Source: Betaproteobacteria bacterium
GTDB taxonomy: Bacteria; Pseudomonadota; Gammaproteobacteria; Burkholderiales; JACQAP01
Direction of reading: 5' to 3'
Assembly (NCBI GenBank): GCA_031362885.1
Contig: JANLTJ010000212.1
Span: 975-64,974, forward strand
Length of the DNA: 64,000 nt
Shown: piece by piece, positions 1-10,819 of the stretch
Numbering within the stretch: the stretch's first letter is position 1
Layout of the letters: every line of letters starts with the position of its first letter
Made by a program: the position numbers and the translations under genes
The notes under the pieces: generated by a model
Databases searched by the model: none
What the model was told of the DNA's origin: nothing
What the model saw: the letters and a program-made list of their open reading frames with translations, nothing else

Positions 1-506
1 GGGTAGAGGAATTCATGGATCGCAATCTGCTGGCCACTCCGGTAGCGTTTGCCAAAATCGTCTCGCTCCAGCATGCGCGCCACGTTATATTTCGCCGCCA
101 GCTTGATCATGTCCCCCGAAGTGAGCTTATTCATCCAGGTGGAATTGAACGCCACTTCGGTTCTGGTTGGATCGAGAATCTTGAAAACCTGCGCCTGGTA
201 AGTCTTGGCGTTGTCTTCGATTTGCTCGCGCGTCAACGGTGGACGGGTTGCATTCTTGCCGGTCGGATCTCCGATCATTCCGGTGAAGTCTCCGATCAGA
301 AAAATGATGTGGTGCCCGAGATCCTGCAGTTGCCGAAGTTTGTTGATGAGAACCGTATGCCCCAAGTGCAGGTCCGGGGCAGTTGGATCAAATCCTGCCT
401 TTACGCGCAGCGGTCTGCGCAATCCAAGTTTTTCTACGAACTCCGCCTTGATGAGCAACTCACTGCAACCGCGTTTTGTTATTTCCAGTTGTTCGGTGAT
501 ATCCAT
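1..506 (-). CDS. tyrS: tyrosyl-tRNA synthetase, N-terminal part (gene runs off the window start)
   Basis: Not in the ORF track because it is open at the edge. Reverse complement from ATG at 506 reads [84 protein letters not shown]. This carries the class I HIGH motif (HLGH) in a TyrRS-type context. Confidence 0.85.
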   Translation of the reverse strand, partial: MDITEQLEITKRGCSELLIKAEFVEKLGLRRPLRVKAGFDPTAPDLHLGHTVLINKLRQLQDLGHHIIFLIGDFTGMIGDPTGKNATRPPLTREQIEDNAKTYQAQVFKILDPTRTEVAFNSTWMNKLTSGDMIKLAAKYNVARMLERDDFGKRYRSGQQIAIHEFLY

Positions 507-653
507 TTATTTGTCTGCTATGGCCTTTGCCGTCTGCCCAAGCGCCAGCCTGATTCGGGTTGGAACGCTACTTGCCTTATGGGGAAGGCAACCACCGTGT
601 TGTTCAGTCGGTCTCTGCCCTCCTTAACGTCCAATTCACGATTGCAAACGCGC

Positions 654-1973
654 ATGTTATTGAACAAAGACAAAATTCTAGCGCAAAAGTCAGCGCCAGA
701 CTCTGCATTATCGCGACGGCGCTGGCCCTTGGCAGTCGCGATATTGCCGTTTTTCGGCGTTGTTGCCGCGTTTGGTATCGCTCCGGATACGGTTCCCGAA
801 CCGGTTGAACTGGAACACGTTGTTGAAGAAATTACCCTTTCCACAGCCCCCGCGTCATCCGCCGAGACCACCCGGTACTGGCGAGAGGAACGAATCCAGC
901 GGGGCGATACGGTCGCATCGGTACTGACAAGATTGAGCGTAAACGACACCGAAGCATTGGCCTATTTGCTTCAAGCCAAAAACGTTCGATCGCTTTACCA
1001 GTTGATTCCAGGTCGAACGCTTCGGGTTGTGACGTCCGAAAATGGCGCACTGGATTCCCTTTCCTACCTGAGCACCGATGGGCGCAGGCTTCTGGTAGTT
1101 CGGACCGAATCCGGGTTTTCCGCAACCGAAGACGTGCCGCGGACAGAAAAATGGGTCATGCAAAGCTCCGGAGAAATCGAAACATCACTGTTCGCGGCAA
1201 CAGACTCCTCCGGCATCCCGGATGCAGTTGCGCTGCAGATTGCTGAGATCTTTTCCAGTGAAATCGATTTTCATCGCGACTTGCGTCGCGGAGATCGTTT
1301 TTCCGTGGTCTACGAAGTTTTGGCCGCCGATGGCGACTTCGTTGCATCCGGTCGCGTTCTTTCCGCCGAGTTTGTCAATCAGGGCCGCCAGGTCCGTGCG
1401 GTATTTTTCAGCGACGATCAGGGACGAAACGGATACTACACACCGGATGGGCGCAATATGCGCAAAGCGTTTCTGCGTTCGCCGATAGAATTCTCACGAG
1501 TTACTTCCAGATTCAGCAGTGCGCGATTCCATCCGGTCCTCAAGACATGGCGAGCACATAATGGGGTCGACTATGGAGCGCCCACCGGCACGCGAGTTCG
1601 CGTCACTTCCGATGGCTACGTAACTTTCGTCGGCCGCAAGGGCGGATATGGCAACGTCGTATCTGTGCGCCACCCGAACGGCTATGTAACCTGGTATGCG
1701 CATTTGTCCGGATTCAGTCCGGGCATGCGCCAGGGGAAGCGTGTATTTCAGGGTGAAGTGGTCGGTTTCGTTGGCAGTACGGGGCTGGCGACCGGACCGC
1801 ATCTGCACTACGAGTTTCACGTCAATGGCAGGCACCAGGATCCGATGCGACTGGCCATGCCTCCCGGACCGCCAATTACCGCTTTGTCGCGCCCCGCCTT
1901 TGACGAATTCTCCCAACCACTCCTGGCGCGACTCGAAATGCTGCGCGATACCGATCTAGCTCGTCTGGATTGA
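654..1973 (+). CDS. M23 family murein endopeptidase (MepM/YebA-like), membrane anchored
   Basis: 3' part of track ORF 15..1973. M23 zinc motifs HNGVDYGAP (HxxxD) and GPHLHYEFHVNG (HxH). Codons 15..653 are antisense to tyrS, so the start is moved to in-frame ATG 654 (MLLNKDK..., then hydrophobic WPLAVAILPFFGVVAAFGI). Start uncertain. Confidence 0.85.
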   Translation: MLLNKDKILAQKSAPDSALSRRRWPLAVAILPFFGVVAAFGIAPDTVPEPVELEHVVEEITLSTAPASSAETTRYWREERIQRGDTVASVLTRLSVNDTEALAYLLQAKNVRSLYQLIPGRTLRVVTSENGALDSLSYLSTDGRRLLVVRTESGFSATEDVPRTEKWVMQSSGEIETSLFAATDSSGIPDAVALQIAEIFSSEIDFHRDLRRGDRFSVVYEVLAADGDFVASGRVLSAEFVNQGRQVRAVFFSDDQGRNGYYTPDGRNMRKAFLRSPIEFSRVTSRFSSARFHPVLKTWRAHNGVDYGAPTGTRVRVTSDGYVTFVGRKGGYGNVVSVRHPNGYVTWYAHLSGFSPGMRQGKRVFQGEVVGFVGSTGLATGPHLHYEFHVNGRHQDPMRLAMPPGPPITALSRPAFDEFSQPLLARLEMLRDTDLARLD

Positions 1974-2030
1974 AACATTGCGGCGGCAATTGCCGTCGAA
2001 GAATGATGTGATGGCTGGCTGCTAGACTTC

Positions 2031-3131
2031 ATGTCCATGGCAAACACAGAGCACTACATTGGGCTCATGTCGGGAACCAGCCTTGACGGCGTGGACGCTG
2101 TCCTGGTCGATTTCTCAGGGGACCAAAGCCGCATCATCGGCGAGTCATTCCTGCCGTTTGACCATTCACTCCGCGCCAGGCTCATGGCTATTCAAGCCGC
2201 GCAATCTAATGAGATTCATCTGGCAGCACTCCTTGGCAACGATCTGGCACGCTTGTACGCCAAAGCCGTACACAAGTTGATGGACTCCAAACGACTAAGT
2301 GCCGGAGCTGCGATAGCCATCGGTTGTCACGGCCAGACTATCCGGCATCGTCCGGAAACCGGTTACACGATTCAACTATGCAATGGCGCGTTACTGGCAG
2401 AGTTGACACGAACTGTTGTGGTCTGCGACTTTCGCAGCCGCGATATCGCGGCGGGTGGTCAAGGCGCGCCGCTGGTCCCCGCATTTCATCAATCGGTGTT
2501 CGCCCATCCCTCGATTCATCGTGTCGTGGTCAACATCGGCGGAATTGCCAACATTACGGATTTGAATCGCGGAGAGGCGCTCGGATTTGACACTGGCCCA
2601 GGCAATATGTTGATGGACAGTTGGATTCAGTTGCATCTTGGCAAGTCATTCGACAAGGATGGCGCGTGGGGGAACGGTGGCCGCTGCATCGGCGATCTCC
2701 TCCAGACTATGCTGGCGCACAAGTTTTTTTCCAGCAAGCCACCGAAGAGCACGGGTCGCGAACTCTTCAATTCCGCCTGGCTCAATGACCAGCTTTCGGG
2801 AAACGAGAACCCCCGAGACGTTCAAGCGACCTTGCTTGCACTGACTGCGGTCAGCATTGCACGGGCGGTCAAAACCTACTGCAAAGGGGCGGAAGCGCTA
2901 TATGTGTGCGGCGGTGGCGCAGCCAATTCAGCCTTGATTGGATGTATTGCCATGGAACTTCCCGAAATGAGAATTGGATCCACAGCGATTCTTGGGGTTG
3001 ATCCCGACTGGGTGGAAGCTTGTGCATTTGCCTGGCTTGCTCGTCAGGCGCTGCTTTTGCGGCCGGGAAATCTGCCGGTTGTAACCGGGGCGGCGGGTCC
3101 GCGAATCCTGGGGGCGATCTACCCCGCCTAG
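2031..3131 (+). CDS. anmK: anhydro-N-acetylmuramic acid kinase
   Basis: N-terminus YIGLMSGTSLDGVDAVLVDF, 366 aa, typical AnmK signature and length. The tyrS/M23/anmK neighbourhood is a common one. Confidence 0.9.
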   Translation: MSMANTEHYIGLMSGTSLDGVDAVLVDFSGDQSRIIGESFLPFDHSLRARLMAIQAAQSNEIHLAALLGNDLARLYAKAVHKLMDSKRLSAGAAIAIGCHGQTIRHRPETGYTIQLCNGALLAELTRTVVVCDFRSRDIAAGGQGAPLVPAFHQSVFAHPSIHRVVVNIGGIANITDLNRGEALGFDTGPGNMLMDSWIQLHLGKSFDKDGAWGNGGRCIGDLLQTMLAHKFFSSKPPKSTGRELFNSAWLNDQLSGNENPRDVQATLLALTAVSIARAVKTYCKGAEALYVCGGGAANSALIGCIAMELPEMRIGSTAILGVDPDWVEACAFAWLARQALLLRPGNLPVVTGAAGPRILGAIYPA

Positions 3132-3182
3132 AAAGAAAAAGGGGCAATAGATGTCCCTTTCATCGGTTGCCCGGCCGATATT

Positions 3183-3533
3183 TCACGCGGTAAACGATGA
3201 GCCGCATCCGCAGGTAGATGTCGCGTTCGGATTCTTGATGACGAATTGTGACCCTTCGATGCTTTCTTGGTAGTCGATTTCTGCGCCGGCCAGATACTGA
3301 TAGCTCATGGCGTCGATCAGAAGCGTCACGCCGTTCTTTTCCATGGACGCATCATCGCCGTTTGTTTCCTCGTCAAAGGTAAAGCCGTACTGGAAACCAG
3401 AACAGCCGCCGCCAGAAACAAACACGCGCAACTTAAGGCCGGGGTTACCCTCTTCCTCAATCAGCTCTTTAACTTTCTTCGCCGCATTGTCCGTGAACAA
3501 CAATGGCGACGGTATTTCAGTAACAGCGTTCAT
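3183..3533 (-). CDS. erpA: iron-sulfur cluster insertion protein ErpA (IscA/HesB family)
   Basis: 116 aa. [23 protein letters not shown] and C-terminal STCGCGSSF cysteine motif. Confidence 0.9.
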   Translation of the reverse strand: MNAVTEIPSPLLFTDNAAKKVKELIEEEGNPGLKLRVFVSGGGCSGFQYGFTFDEETNGDDASMEKNGVTLLIDAMSYQYLAGAEIDYQESIEGSQFVIKNPNATSTCGCGSSFTA

Positions 3534-3597
3534 TGCCAGCTCCCGAGGTAGACTCTCAATACTATATCCTGACTATTCCTGCTCCGCTTCCATTCGA

Positions 3598-4005
3598 TCA
3601 TTCTCCGCCAGACCCTTTCAGCGGCACAATTTTTTGTGACTGATCGCCGTCCTGATGGACCAACCTGCCCTGCACAACGGCACCGAGCTGAATTTCCAGC
3701 GTTCGGTAGTGCACATCGCCTGTGACATTTGACTTGGGTTGCAGTTCAACATATTCAGCCCCGTGAACAGTACCAATAACGGTTCCATTGATAACGGCAT
3801 GCGAAACCCTGATTTCTCCATCAATTTGGGCCTTTTCACTCAAAACCAAGGTGCTGGGCTGATCGTCCGCCGTCATTACATTGCCGCGCACCCGACCGTC
3901 CACGCGCAACCCTCCGCTGAACGAAACGTTTCCTTCCACGATTGTTCCCACGCCGATAAGGCTATCGATGCGATTTTGCGGCTTTGTGGTCTTGGCTCCA
4001 AACAT
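3598..4005 (-). CDS. bactofilin family cytoskeletal protein
   Basis: 135 aa. Repetitive beta-helix pattern GTIVEGNVSFSGGLRVDGRVRGNV...IDGEIRVSHAVINGTVIGTV, typical of the bactofilin (DUF583) core. Confidence 0.8.
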   Translation of the reverse strand: MFGAKTTKPQNRIDSLIGVGTIVEGNVSFSGGLRVDGRVRGNVMTADDQPSTLVLSEKAQIDGEIRVSHAVINGTVIGTVHGAEYVELQPKSNVTGDVHYRTLEIQLGAVVQGRLVHQDGDQSQKIVPLKGSGGE

Positions 4006-4018
4006 GAAAGCACTCCAA

Positions 4019-4762
4019 TTAAGACAGGGTCACTGTCTGGGTAGACACCGGCGTTGGATTGCCAGCTTCCATCACGCGAACCTGCACTTTTTTTATGACA
4101 GCGCCAAGGGGCACCAAGAACGTACCCTCGACGCGCTGATAGAACTTGAAAGCCAAATTATACGCCTGGGCCTCGGCTTCCCCGTTGGGAATGCTCATCA
4201 CTTCCGATTTTCCATCCCGATCCAGATCAACTATGAACTGCAGCCGGCCCCGAAAATCTGTCACGCGCTGCCTGGATTGGGCTATCAGCACCCGATAGCG
4301 ATATTCTCCGGGCAATGCATCTGGCTGCACGCGAAAGCGATTGACACTAATGCCCCCGGGGTCTCCTCCCGATGCCATTAAGGTCTGAAAAAAGGCCAGA
4401 TCCTCTTTGAGCAACGCGTTTTCATCCGAAAGGGTGCGTATTTGCCCGGACAAATTACCGTGCATCGCGATTCCTATCTGAAGCTGCCGCTCGGCAGCCG
4501 CGACTGCCGTTCCCAACGTCGCGTTTTCGACCTGAAGCTTGGAGTTCAGGTCTTGAAGATGATTGATCTCGCGTCGCGCCTCACTATTGTCGAATCCCGC
4601 ATACTGACGGCCAAGGTCGTAGGTCAGCCATCCCATACCAACCATTACGCCCCCGCCGACCGCCAGAACCAGGCAGCGCCAGTACCACGGCACGTGAGTG
4701 CGAATGGCTACTCTGGGGGCGGCGATTCCGTACCGGCGCTTAATGGTCTTGAGCAGCGTCAC
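4019..4762 (-). CDS. membrane-anchored coiled-coil protein (DUF6776-like), bactofilin partner
   Basis: 247 aa. One TM ([21 protein letters not shown]) followed by a coiled-coil segment. Start overlaps the argC stop by 4 nt (4759-4762). Family name is from memory only. Confidence 0.6.
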   Translation of the reverse strand: MTLLKTIKRRYGIAAPRVAIRTHVPWYWRCLVLAVGGGVMVGMGWLTYDLGRQYAGFDNSEARREINHLQDLNSKLQVENATLGTAVAAAERQLQIGIAMHGNLSGQIRTLSDENALLKEDLAFFQTLMASGGDPGGISVNRFRVQPDALPGEYRYRVLIAQSRQRVTDFRGRLQFIVDLDRDGKSEVMSIPNGEAEAQAYNLAFKFYQRVEGTFLVPLGAVIKKVQVRVMEAGNPTPVSTQTVTLS

Positions 4763-5787
4763 GGCTGCAGCGCCACATGCCCAATACCCATGGTTTCCGG
4801 AAACCCGAACATCAAGTTCATGTTCTGAACCGCCTGTCCAGCGGCTCCCTTCACGAGATTGTCGATTACAGAAAGCACCACTACCGTATCGCCGCCACCA
4901 GGGCGATGAACCGCGATTCTGCAGTCATTGGAGCCCCTTACGGACCTCGTTTCCGGATGAGACCCAGGGGGCAAAACATCGACAAACGGCTCCGCTGCAT
5001 AGTGCTTTTCGTAGAGTTGCTGCAGATCAACTTCCCGCGTCAGGCGTGCATACAGCGTTGCATGAATGCCGCGAATCGCCGGTGTCAGATGTGGAACGAA
5101 AGTAAGTCCGATCGGCTTTCCCGCTGCCCGGCTCAGGCCCTGCGAAATTTCCGGAAGATGCCGATGCCCTGGCACCGCATAAGCCTTGAAATTATCGGAG
5201 GCTTCCGAGAACAGGGTGTGCACTTCGGCCTTGCGCCCAGCGCCGCTGACGCCGGATTTGGCATCGGCGATCAAATGAGCAAGGTCCACTAGTTCCGACT
5301 GGATCAAAGGCAAGAATCCCAGTTGAACCGCGGTCGGGTAGCAACCTGGATTCGCTACCAGCCGCGCCTTGGCGATCTGGGCCCGATTAGTCTCCGGCAA
5401 ACCGTAGACCGCCTCTGCAACAAGCTGCGGACTTGCGTGAGTCATGCCGTACCACTTCTCCCACTCGTCGACGTTCTTGATGCGGAAATCTGCGGCAAGA
5501 TCGATGACGCGAACGCCTGCATCCAGCAACGATTGCGTTTCGGTCATCGCCACGCCATTAGGGGTGGCAAAGAATACGACATCGCATTTTTCCAGCCCAG
5601 CCGTTGCCGGATCAGAGAATTTGATGGTCACTCGGCGACGCAGGCTGGAAAACAAGTCGGCAACAGGCATGCCGGCCTCTTTGCGGGAAGTTATCACCGC
5701 TAACTCGGCTTCCGGGTGTGTGGCGAGAATCCTCAGAAGCTCCACTCCGGTATAGCCAGTACCTCCTACAATACCAATTTTTTTCAT
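4759..5787 (-). CDS. argC: N-acetyl-gamma-glutamyl-phosphate reductase
   Basis: [24 protein letters not shown]-binding N-terminus and catalytic ANPGCYPTA. The track ORF extends to 5889, but ATG at 5787 gives the canonical N-terminus. Confidence 0.9.
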   Translation of the reverse strand: MKKIGIVGGTGYTGVELLRILATHPEAELAVITSRKEAGMPVADLFSSLRRRVTIKFSDPATAGLEKCDVVFFATPNGVAMTETQSLLDAGVRVIDLAADFRIKNVDEWEKWYGMTHASPQLVAEAVYGLPETNRAQIAKARLVANPGCYPTAVQLGFLPLIQSELVDLAHLIADAKSGVSGAGRKAEVHTLFSEASDNFKAYAVPGHRHLPEISQGLSRAAGKPIGLTFVPHLTPAIRGIHATLYARLTREVDLQQLYEKHYAAEPFVDVLPPGSHPETRSVRGSNDCRIAVHRPGGGDTVVVLSVIDNLVKGAAGQAVQNMNLMFGFPETMGIGHVALQP

Positions 5788-5846
5788 CTTCACCAATGAC
5801 TTAAATGGTTTTTTGATGATATAGCCTGACAACACCCAGATGCAAA

Positions 5847-5873
5847 CGAAAAAGCCGCCCAAAGGCGGCTTTC
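5847..5873 (-). terminator. rho-independent terminator downstream of rpsI
   Basis: Minus strand reads GAAAGCCGCC-TTTG-GGCGGCTTTTTCG: GC-rich 8-bp stem, 4-nt loop, T run. It lies 20 nt after the rpsI stop. Confidence 0.65.
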
Positions 5874-5892
5874 TCATTGTGGGTTCCACGCA

Positions 5893-6288
5893 TTAGCGCT
5901 TGGAGAACTGCTTGCGGCGACGCGCCTTGTGAAGGCCGACTTTCTTGCGCTCCACCTCTCTTGCATCGCGTGTAATCAACCCAGCTTGGCTGAGCACCGG
6001 CTTGAGCGAAGCATCGTAATTGACCAGTGCGCGCGAAATACCGTGGCGAACTGCTCCGGCCTGCCCAGACTCCCCGCCGCCATCAACGTTGATGAGAATG
6101 TCAAAGGTATCAAGGTGATTGGTCAACACCAGCGGCTGGCGCACAACCATGCGCCCGGTCTCGCGCGAAAAAAAGACGTCAACCGGCTTGTCGTTTACAG
6201 TGATTTTGCCCTTGCCCGGTTTCATGAAAACTCGCGCAACGGCGCTCTTGCGCCGACCGGTTCCATAGTTGTATTGAATTGCTGCCAT
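5893..6288 (-). CDS. rpsI: 30S ribosomal protein S9
   Basis: 131 aa. [14 protein letters not shown]...and C-terminal [11 protein letters not shown]. Confidence 0.95.
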   Translation of the reverse strand: MAAIQYNYGTGRRKSAVARVFMKPGKGKITVNDKPVDVFFSRETGRMVVRQPLVLTNHLDTFDILINVDGGGESGQAGAVRHGISRALVNYDASLKPVLSQAGLITRDAREVERKKVGLHKARRRKQFSKR

Positions 6289-6296
6289 GTCGGTTC

Positions 6297-6725
6297 CTAA
6301 ACGTTAAGTGTTTGCGGCTGCTGTGCGGCGTGCGGATGTTCGGTCCCGGCGTACACCTTGAGCTTTTTCAGCATGGCGTATCCGAGCGGTCCTTTGGGCA
6401 GCATGCCTTTTACGGCCTTTTCCAGCACCCGTCCCGGGAAGCGGGCGTGCAAGCCGGAAAACGTAGCGCTATAAATACCGCCTGGGTAAGTTGAGTGGCG
6501 GTAGTAAATTTTCTGCTTGGCCTTATCACCAGTGACGCGCAGCTTTTCCGCATTGACGACGACGATGTAATCGCCAGTATCGACATGCGGCGTAAAGATA
6601 ACCTTATGCTTGCCCCGCAGCCGCTTGGCAATTTCAGCGGCGAGCCGCCCCAGAACTTTGTCAGTGGCATCGACCATAAACCAGTCGTGCTTAACTTCGT
6701 GTGATTTTGCTGAAAACGTCTTCAT
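6297..6725 (-). CDS. rplM: 50S ribosomal protein L13
   Basis: [29 protein letters not shown]. Start moved to ATG 6725 (142 aa); the track ORF extends upstream to 6794. Confidence 0.95.
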   Translation of the reverse strand: MKTFSAKSHEVKHDWFMVDATDKVLGRLAAEIAKRLRGKHKVIFTPHVDTGDYIVVVNAEKLRVTGDKAKQKIYYRHSTYPGGIYSATFSGLHARFPGRVLEKAVKGMLPKGPLGYAMLKKLKVYAGTEHPHAAQQPQTLNV

Positions 6726-6972
6726 GGCGAATGCGGTGCGAGTAGTGAATTCGGAAAGCCGCGTAGTGTAGTTGAACGATCTGCCGCTTGTCAAACCAGT
6801 GTTACTAATTTAAGTCGCGGATTTATAAGCAATTAAAGGGCGCAACGGCAATCAGACGTTCCTTGAGGACGAAGCAAGTGAAGCCGGTTTCACCCTCACG
6901 TCAGAGGCGCGCATGCTTTAAGCACAACGTCTTTTGGTGAATAATGCCCGCTCTTGCCACGCGACCCATCTC

Positions 6973-8136
6973 ATGCGAAAGCTTTGGCTCATATTTACTC
7001 AGGCGGTAACCATCAGTCTGGCGGCGCTGTTTGTTGTCGTGACGCTTAGACCGGATCTCGTATCCTTGTCAGAACCCAACGGTGGCATTGTCACTGTGCG
7101 TGAAGCGGCCGACACTCCGCGTGACCGCCCACATGCCGCATCGTTCAGTCCGGCTGCCAAGAAGGCGATGCCGTCGGTCGTCAACATATTTACCAGCAAG
7201 GACATCAAGGTCCCACGCCACCCCTTCATGGACGACCCGCTGTTTCGTCGCTTTTTCGGCGATCAGCTCGATGGTGAGACCCAACACAGTTCCAGTCTGG
7301 GCTCTGGCGTCATTGTCGGGCCGGAAGGTTACATTCTGACCAACCATCATGTGGTCGAGGCGGCCGACGAAATTGAACTTGCTCTTGCTGACGGCCGCAA
7401 GGTGCCGGCAAAGGTTGTCGGAACCGATCCGGAGACCGATCTGGCGGTATTGAAAGCAGACATCTCCGGACTTCCTTCGGTAACCTTCGGCAATCCAGAC
7501 AAGCTTTCGGTCGGCGATGTCGTGCTCGCCATCGGAAATCCGTTCGGAGTCGGGCAGACCGTGACCATGGGCATCGTCAGCGCTCTGGGCCGAAGCCACC
7601 TTGGCATCAGCACTTTCGAGAACTTCATACAAACGGACGCGGCGATCAACCCCGGCAATTCCGGCGGCGCGCTGGTAGATGCCACCGGCAACCTGGTCGG
7701 CATCAATAGCGCAATCTATTCCCGCAGCGGTGGCTCTCTTGGCATCGGCTTCGCCATCCCGGCCAACCTTGCGAGGCAGGTCATGGAGCAAATCGTGCGC
7801 ACCGGCGCGGTAACGCGAGGATGGATCGGGGTAGAAGTGCAGGACATCTCTACGGAATTGGCCGAATCGTTCAAGTTGTCAAACCAGAACGGTACATTGA
7901 TCGCGGGCGTTCTGCGGGGAGGGCCTGCGGATCGGGCCGGGATCAAGCCCGGGGACATTCTGGTTTCGGTGGGCCCCAGTCAGGTTGTCGACTCCACGAG
8001 CATGCTCAATCTGGTGGCAGCGCTCGAACCGGGCAAACAGGCCACCCTGAAAATACTGCGCAACCGAAATGAGATGCTGGTGCAGATCAACGTCGGCAAG
8101 CGCCCCCGTCCCAAGCGTCCGAACGAGCTTGAATAG
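6973..8136 (+). CDS. DegS/AlgW-like S1C serine endopeptidase with a single PDZ domain
   Basis: N-terminal TM (LIFTQAVTISLAALFVVV). Catalytic motifs TNHHVV, DLAVLK and GNSGGALV. One C-terminal PDZ (GVLRGGPADRAGIKPGDILVSV). ATG 6973 preferred over the track's TTG 6934. Confidence 0.85.
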   Translation: MRKLWLIFTQAVTISLAALFVVVTLRPDLVSLSEPNGGIVTVREAADTPRDRPHAASFSPAAKKAMPSVVNIFTSKDIKVPRHPFMDDPLFRRFFGDQLDGETQHSSSLGSGVIVGPEGYILTNHHVVEAADEIELALADGRKVPAKVVGTDPETDLAVLKADISGLPSVTFGNPDKLSVGDVVLAIGNPFGVGQTVTMGIVSALGRSHLGISTFENFIQTDAAINPGNSGGALVDATGNLVGINSAIYSRSGGSLGIGFAIPANLARQVMEQIVRTGAVTRGWIGVEVQDISTELAESFKLSNQNGTLIAGVLRGGPADRAGIKPGDILVSVGPSQVVDSTSMLNLVAALEPGKQATLKILRNRNEMLVQINVGKRPRPKRPNELE

Positions 8137-8157
8137 TAAGCGCCGCGGAAAATCCGT

Positions 8158-8904
8158 TCAGCTTGCCGGCCCGGACTCGGTTGCTCCGGATGCTGGCTTG
8201 CCCATCCATTGCGACACGAAAATGCCCAATTCGTACAAAATCCAAAGGGGAATGGCAAGCATGAACTGAGACACGATGTCCGGCGGCGTAAAAATTGCGC
8301 CAACCACGAAGGCACCAACGATGACGTAGGGACGAATTTCGCGCAGCTTCTTGACGGTAACCAGCCCCATGCGCACCAGGATCACGACCGCAACCGGCAC
8401 CTCGAATGTCACACCGAACGCGAGGAACAGGCTCAACACGAAATCCAGATACTTGCCAATATCCGTCATCACGGCCACTCCATCCGGGGCGACAGATACC
8501 ATGAAGTGGAACACGATCGGAAACACCAGGTAATACGCGAACGCCATGCCGCCAATGAACAGCAACGTACTGGTGATGACGAGTGGAGCAACCAGCTTTC
8601 TCTCATGCACGTACAGCCCCGGAGCTATAAACGCCCAGACCTGGTAGAGCAGGAACGGCAAGGCAATGACGAAGGCAGCCATCATCGTGACCTTGACCGG
8701 CACGAAAAACGGGGCCGTCACCTCGGTGGCAATCAATTGTCCGCCCGCCGGCAAGGCCGAAATCATGGGCTGTGCCAGTACAGCGTACAAATCGCTCGCC
8801 CACGGAAACAGGCAGATGAATACGGCCAGCAGAGCCAGTACACAGCGCAGCAGCCGATCGCGTAACTCGATCAGATGAGACATGAATGAATCCGGCTCGG
8901 CCAT
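8158..8904 (-). CDS. tatC: twin-arginine translocase subunit TatC
   Basis: 248 aa polytopic protein. MSHLIELRDRLLR N-terminus typical of TatC. Follows tatA-tatB. Confidence 0.95.
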   Translation of the reverse strand: MAEPDSFMSHLIELRDRLLRCVLALLAVFICLFPWASDLYAVLAQPMISALPAGGQLIATEVTAPFFVPVKVTMMAAFVIALPFLLYQVWAFIAPGLYVHERKLVAPLVITSTLLFIGGMAFAYYLVFPIVFHFMVSVAPDGVAVMTDIGKYLDFVLSLFLAFGVTFEVPVAVVILVRMGLVTVKKLREIRPYVIVGAFVVGAIFTPPDIVSQFMLAIPLWILYELGIFVSQWMGKPASGATESGPAS

Positions 8905-8958
8905 CGCGGTTTGAGTCTGATACGGAATTGGAGGAGTTGCGGGAAGGCAGGCCGAAGA

Positions 8959-9441
8959 TCAGACCGGCTTGTCGTTCGGGGGCGAGATTCCGGTCGGTGC
9001 CGGCGCGGCGCTGCCTGGCATTGCCCCGCCCGCGAGCGGCAGTTCCTGCTGGAGATTGTCTTGCGGAGGTATTTCCGGCGGCAGAGCATCCACTGCGGCA
9101 GGCGACATCAACTGAATTCCGCTTAACGGCGCGACGGTTGATTCGACCTGCTTTTGCACGGCATCGCCTGCTTGCCTGATTTCGCTGTCAATGAAATTGA
9201 CCTGGGAAGTAATGGACTCCTGAACGGAAGTGGCCGCATCCTGCACGGTGGCTTTCAGCTTGCGCAGGTCTTCAAACTCAATCTCGCGGTTGATATCCGA
9301 TTTCACTTCGGCGACATAACGCTGCAAGCGTCCGAACACATGGCCAAGCGTCTTCGCCACGCGCGGCAATCGCTCGGGTCCGATCACGAGAAGCGCGACG
9401 ACACCGATAACGAACAGTTCAGTTGCCCCGATATCGAACAT
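8959..9441 (-). CDS. tatB: twin-arginine translocase subunit TatB
   Basis: MFDIGATELFVIGVVALLVIGPERLPRVAKTLG, then an amphipathic helix and an acidic tail. Confidence 0.9.
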   Translation of the reverse strand: MFDIGATELFVIGVVALLVIGPERLPRVAKTLGHVFGRLQRYVAEVKSDINREIEFEDLRKLKATVQDAATSVQESITSQVNFIDSEIRQAGDAVQKQVESTVAPLSGIQLMSPAAVDALPPEIPPQDNLQQELPLAGGAMPGSAAPAPTGISPPNDKPV

Positions 9442-9470
9442 GACTGCGACCGGAAACTTGAGACGTCCGT

Positions 9471-9695
9471 TCAGCTCTTTGTTTTTTCCTTTACTTCGCC
9501 TTCGATGGTCTGGCCGACATTCGCGCTATCGAGCTTCGCCGCCGGTTTGTCGTCTTCCGGGCTCTTCATGCCTTCCTTGAAGCCCTTGACCGCGCCGCCC
9601 AGATCCGAGCCGAGATTGCGCAGCTTCTTGGTACCAAAAATCAAGAGCACAACCACCAGAACAATTAGCCAATGCCAGATACTGAATGAGCCCAT
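9471..9695 (-). CDS. tatA: twin-arginine translocase subunit TatA
   Basis: 74 aa. [33 protein letters not shown]. Confidence 0.9.
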   Translation of the reverse strand: MGSFSIWHWLIVLVVVLLIFGTKKLRNLGSDLGGAVKGFKEGMKSPEDDKPAAKLDSANVGQTIEGEVKEKTKS

Positions 9696-9720
9696 CTTGA
9701 GTTACCTCTAAAAATGATTG

Positions 9721-10086
9721 CTAGGTTGAGCGCTGAATCATACCCGGCAGAGGCTGCTTGCCGCCGAGTACATGCATATGTACATGAAACACATCCTGCC
9801 CGCCGATGCGACCCGTGTTGACAATGGTGCGAAATCCATCCGTCGAGCCTTGCTCACGCGCCAGTCGGCCAGCCAGCAGCAGCATTTTCCCAAGCACTGC
9901 CTGGTGGCCGTCCTGCACATGCTGAAGCGACTCGACATGCTGCTTGGGAATCAGCATGAAATGCACCGGCGCCACGGGGTTGATGTCGTGAAACGCCAGC
10001 ACTTCATCGTCCTCATATACCTTGCGACTGGGGATCTCGCCCCTGACGATCTTGCAGAAAATGCAGTTCTCGGCGGTTGCGTTCAT
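9721..10086 (-). CDS. HIT family (histidine triad) nucleotide hydrolase
   Basis: 121 aa. CIFCKI...and histidine triad HVHMHVLGG. Confidence 0.85.
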   Translation of the reverse strand: MNATAENCIFCKIVRGEIPSRKVYEDDEVLAFHDINPVAPVHFMLIPKQHVESLQHVQDGHQAVLGKMLLLAGRLAREQGSTDGFRTIVNTGRIGGQDVFHVHMHVLGGKQPLPGMIQRST

Positions 10087-10103
10087 GCGTCTCTACGCTC
10101 GAT

Positions 10104-10427
10104 TCATCCGTTCCTGGCGTTCTTCTCATCGACGCCCGAAATGCCTTCGCGCCGTTTCAACTCCGCCAGCACATCATCCGGACCGAGCCCGTGCCAGGCC
10201 AGCATCACCAAACAGTGAAACCAGAGATCGGCTGTTTCGCGAACGATGTGAAGTTTATCACCGTCCTTTGCCGCCAGCAGCGTCTCGCCTGCCTCTTCGA
10301 CGATTTTCTTGAGCACCGCATCGTGACCCTTCGAAAACAGGCTGGCTACATAAGAGGTCCCTGCATCCGCCCCTTTGCGGGAGGCAATGGTTTGTGCAAG
10401 ACGATGAAGAATGTCGGCATCAATCAT
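10104..10427 (-). CDS. hisE: phosphoribosyl-ATP pyrophosphatase
   Basis: 107 aa. [24 protein letters not shown]...ADLWFH. Overlaps hisI by 4 nt. Confidence 0.9.
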   Translation of the reverse strand: MIDADILHRLAQTIASRKGADAGTSYVASLFSKGHDAVLKKIVEEAGETLLAAKDGDKLHIVRETADLWFHCLVMLAWHGLGPDDVLAELKRREGISGVDEKNARNG

Positions 10428-10819
10428 GACTTTGATTCGTAGATATCCCCAGGGTCTTTCAATACGAACTCGGCTTCAACCCAATGGCCTTGTTCGAGTT
10501 TTCGGAAAAAACACCGCGCGTGGCCAGTGTGGCAGGCGATGCCGCCCATTTGCTCCACTTCGAGCAAGATGGCATCGCCATCGCAATCGAGCCGCACTCG
10601 TTTAACCAGCTGCACATGGCCCGATTCCTCGCCCTTTCGCCACAAGCGCTGGCGCGAACGCGACCAGTATACCGCCCGGCCGCTTCGCACCGTCTCGGCC
10701 AGCGCTTCGCGGTTCATCCACGCCACCATGAGCAGCCGGCCGCTGCCCGCCTCTTGTGCGATAGCCGCGATCAGACCCGCGGAATCGAAGGTCACTTCGT
10801 CGAGCCACGTTTCAGTCAT
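10424..10819 (-). CDS. hisI: phosphoribosyl-AMP cyclohydrolase
   Basis: 131 aa. [16 protein letters not shown]...[20 protein letters not shown]...CDGDAILL. Confidence 0.9.
   Translation of the reverse strand: MTETWLDEVTFDSAGLIAAIAQEAGSGRLLMVAWMNREALAETVRSGRAVYWSRSRQRLWRKGEESGHVQLVKRVRLDCDGDAILLEVEQMGGIACHTGHARCFFRKLEQGHWVEAEFVLKDPGDIYESKS

Noticed and set aside
15-653. N-terminal 213 codons of the 652-aa track ORF
   Set aside because: This stretch is the antisense shadow of tyrS, whose HIGH-motif protein reads cleanly on the minus strand. The M23 peptidase most likely starts at ATG 654.
1974-2030. GC hairpin with a CGGCAATTGCCG palindrome after the M23 peptidase gene
   Set aside because: It forms a roughly 7-bp stem with an AATT loop but no T run follows. 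That is not enough to call a terminator.
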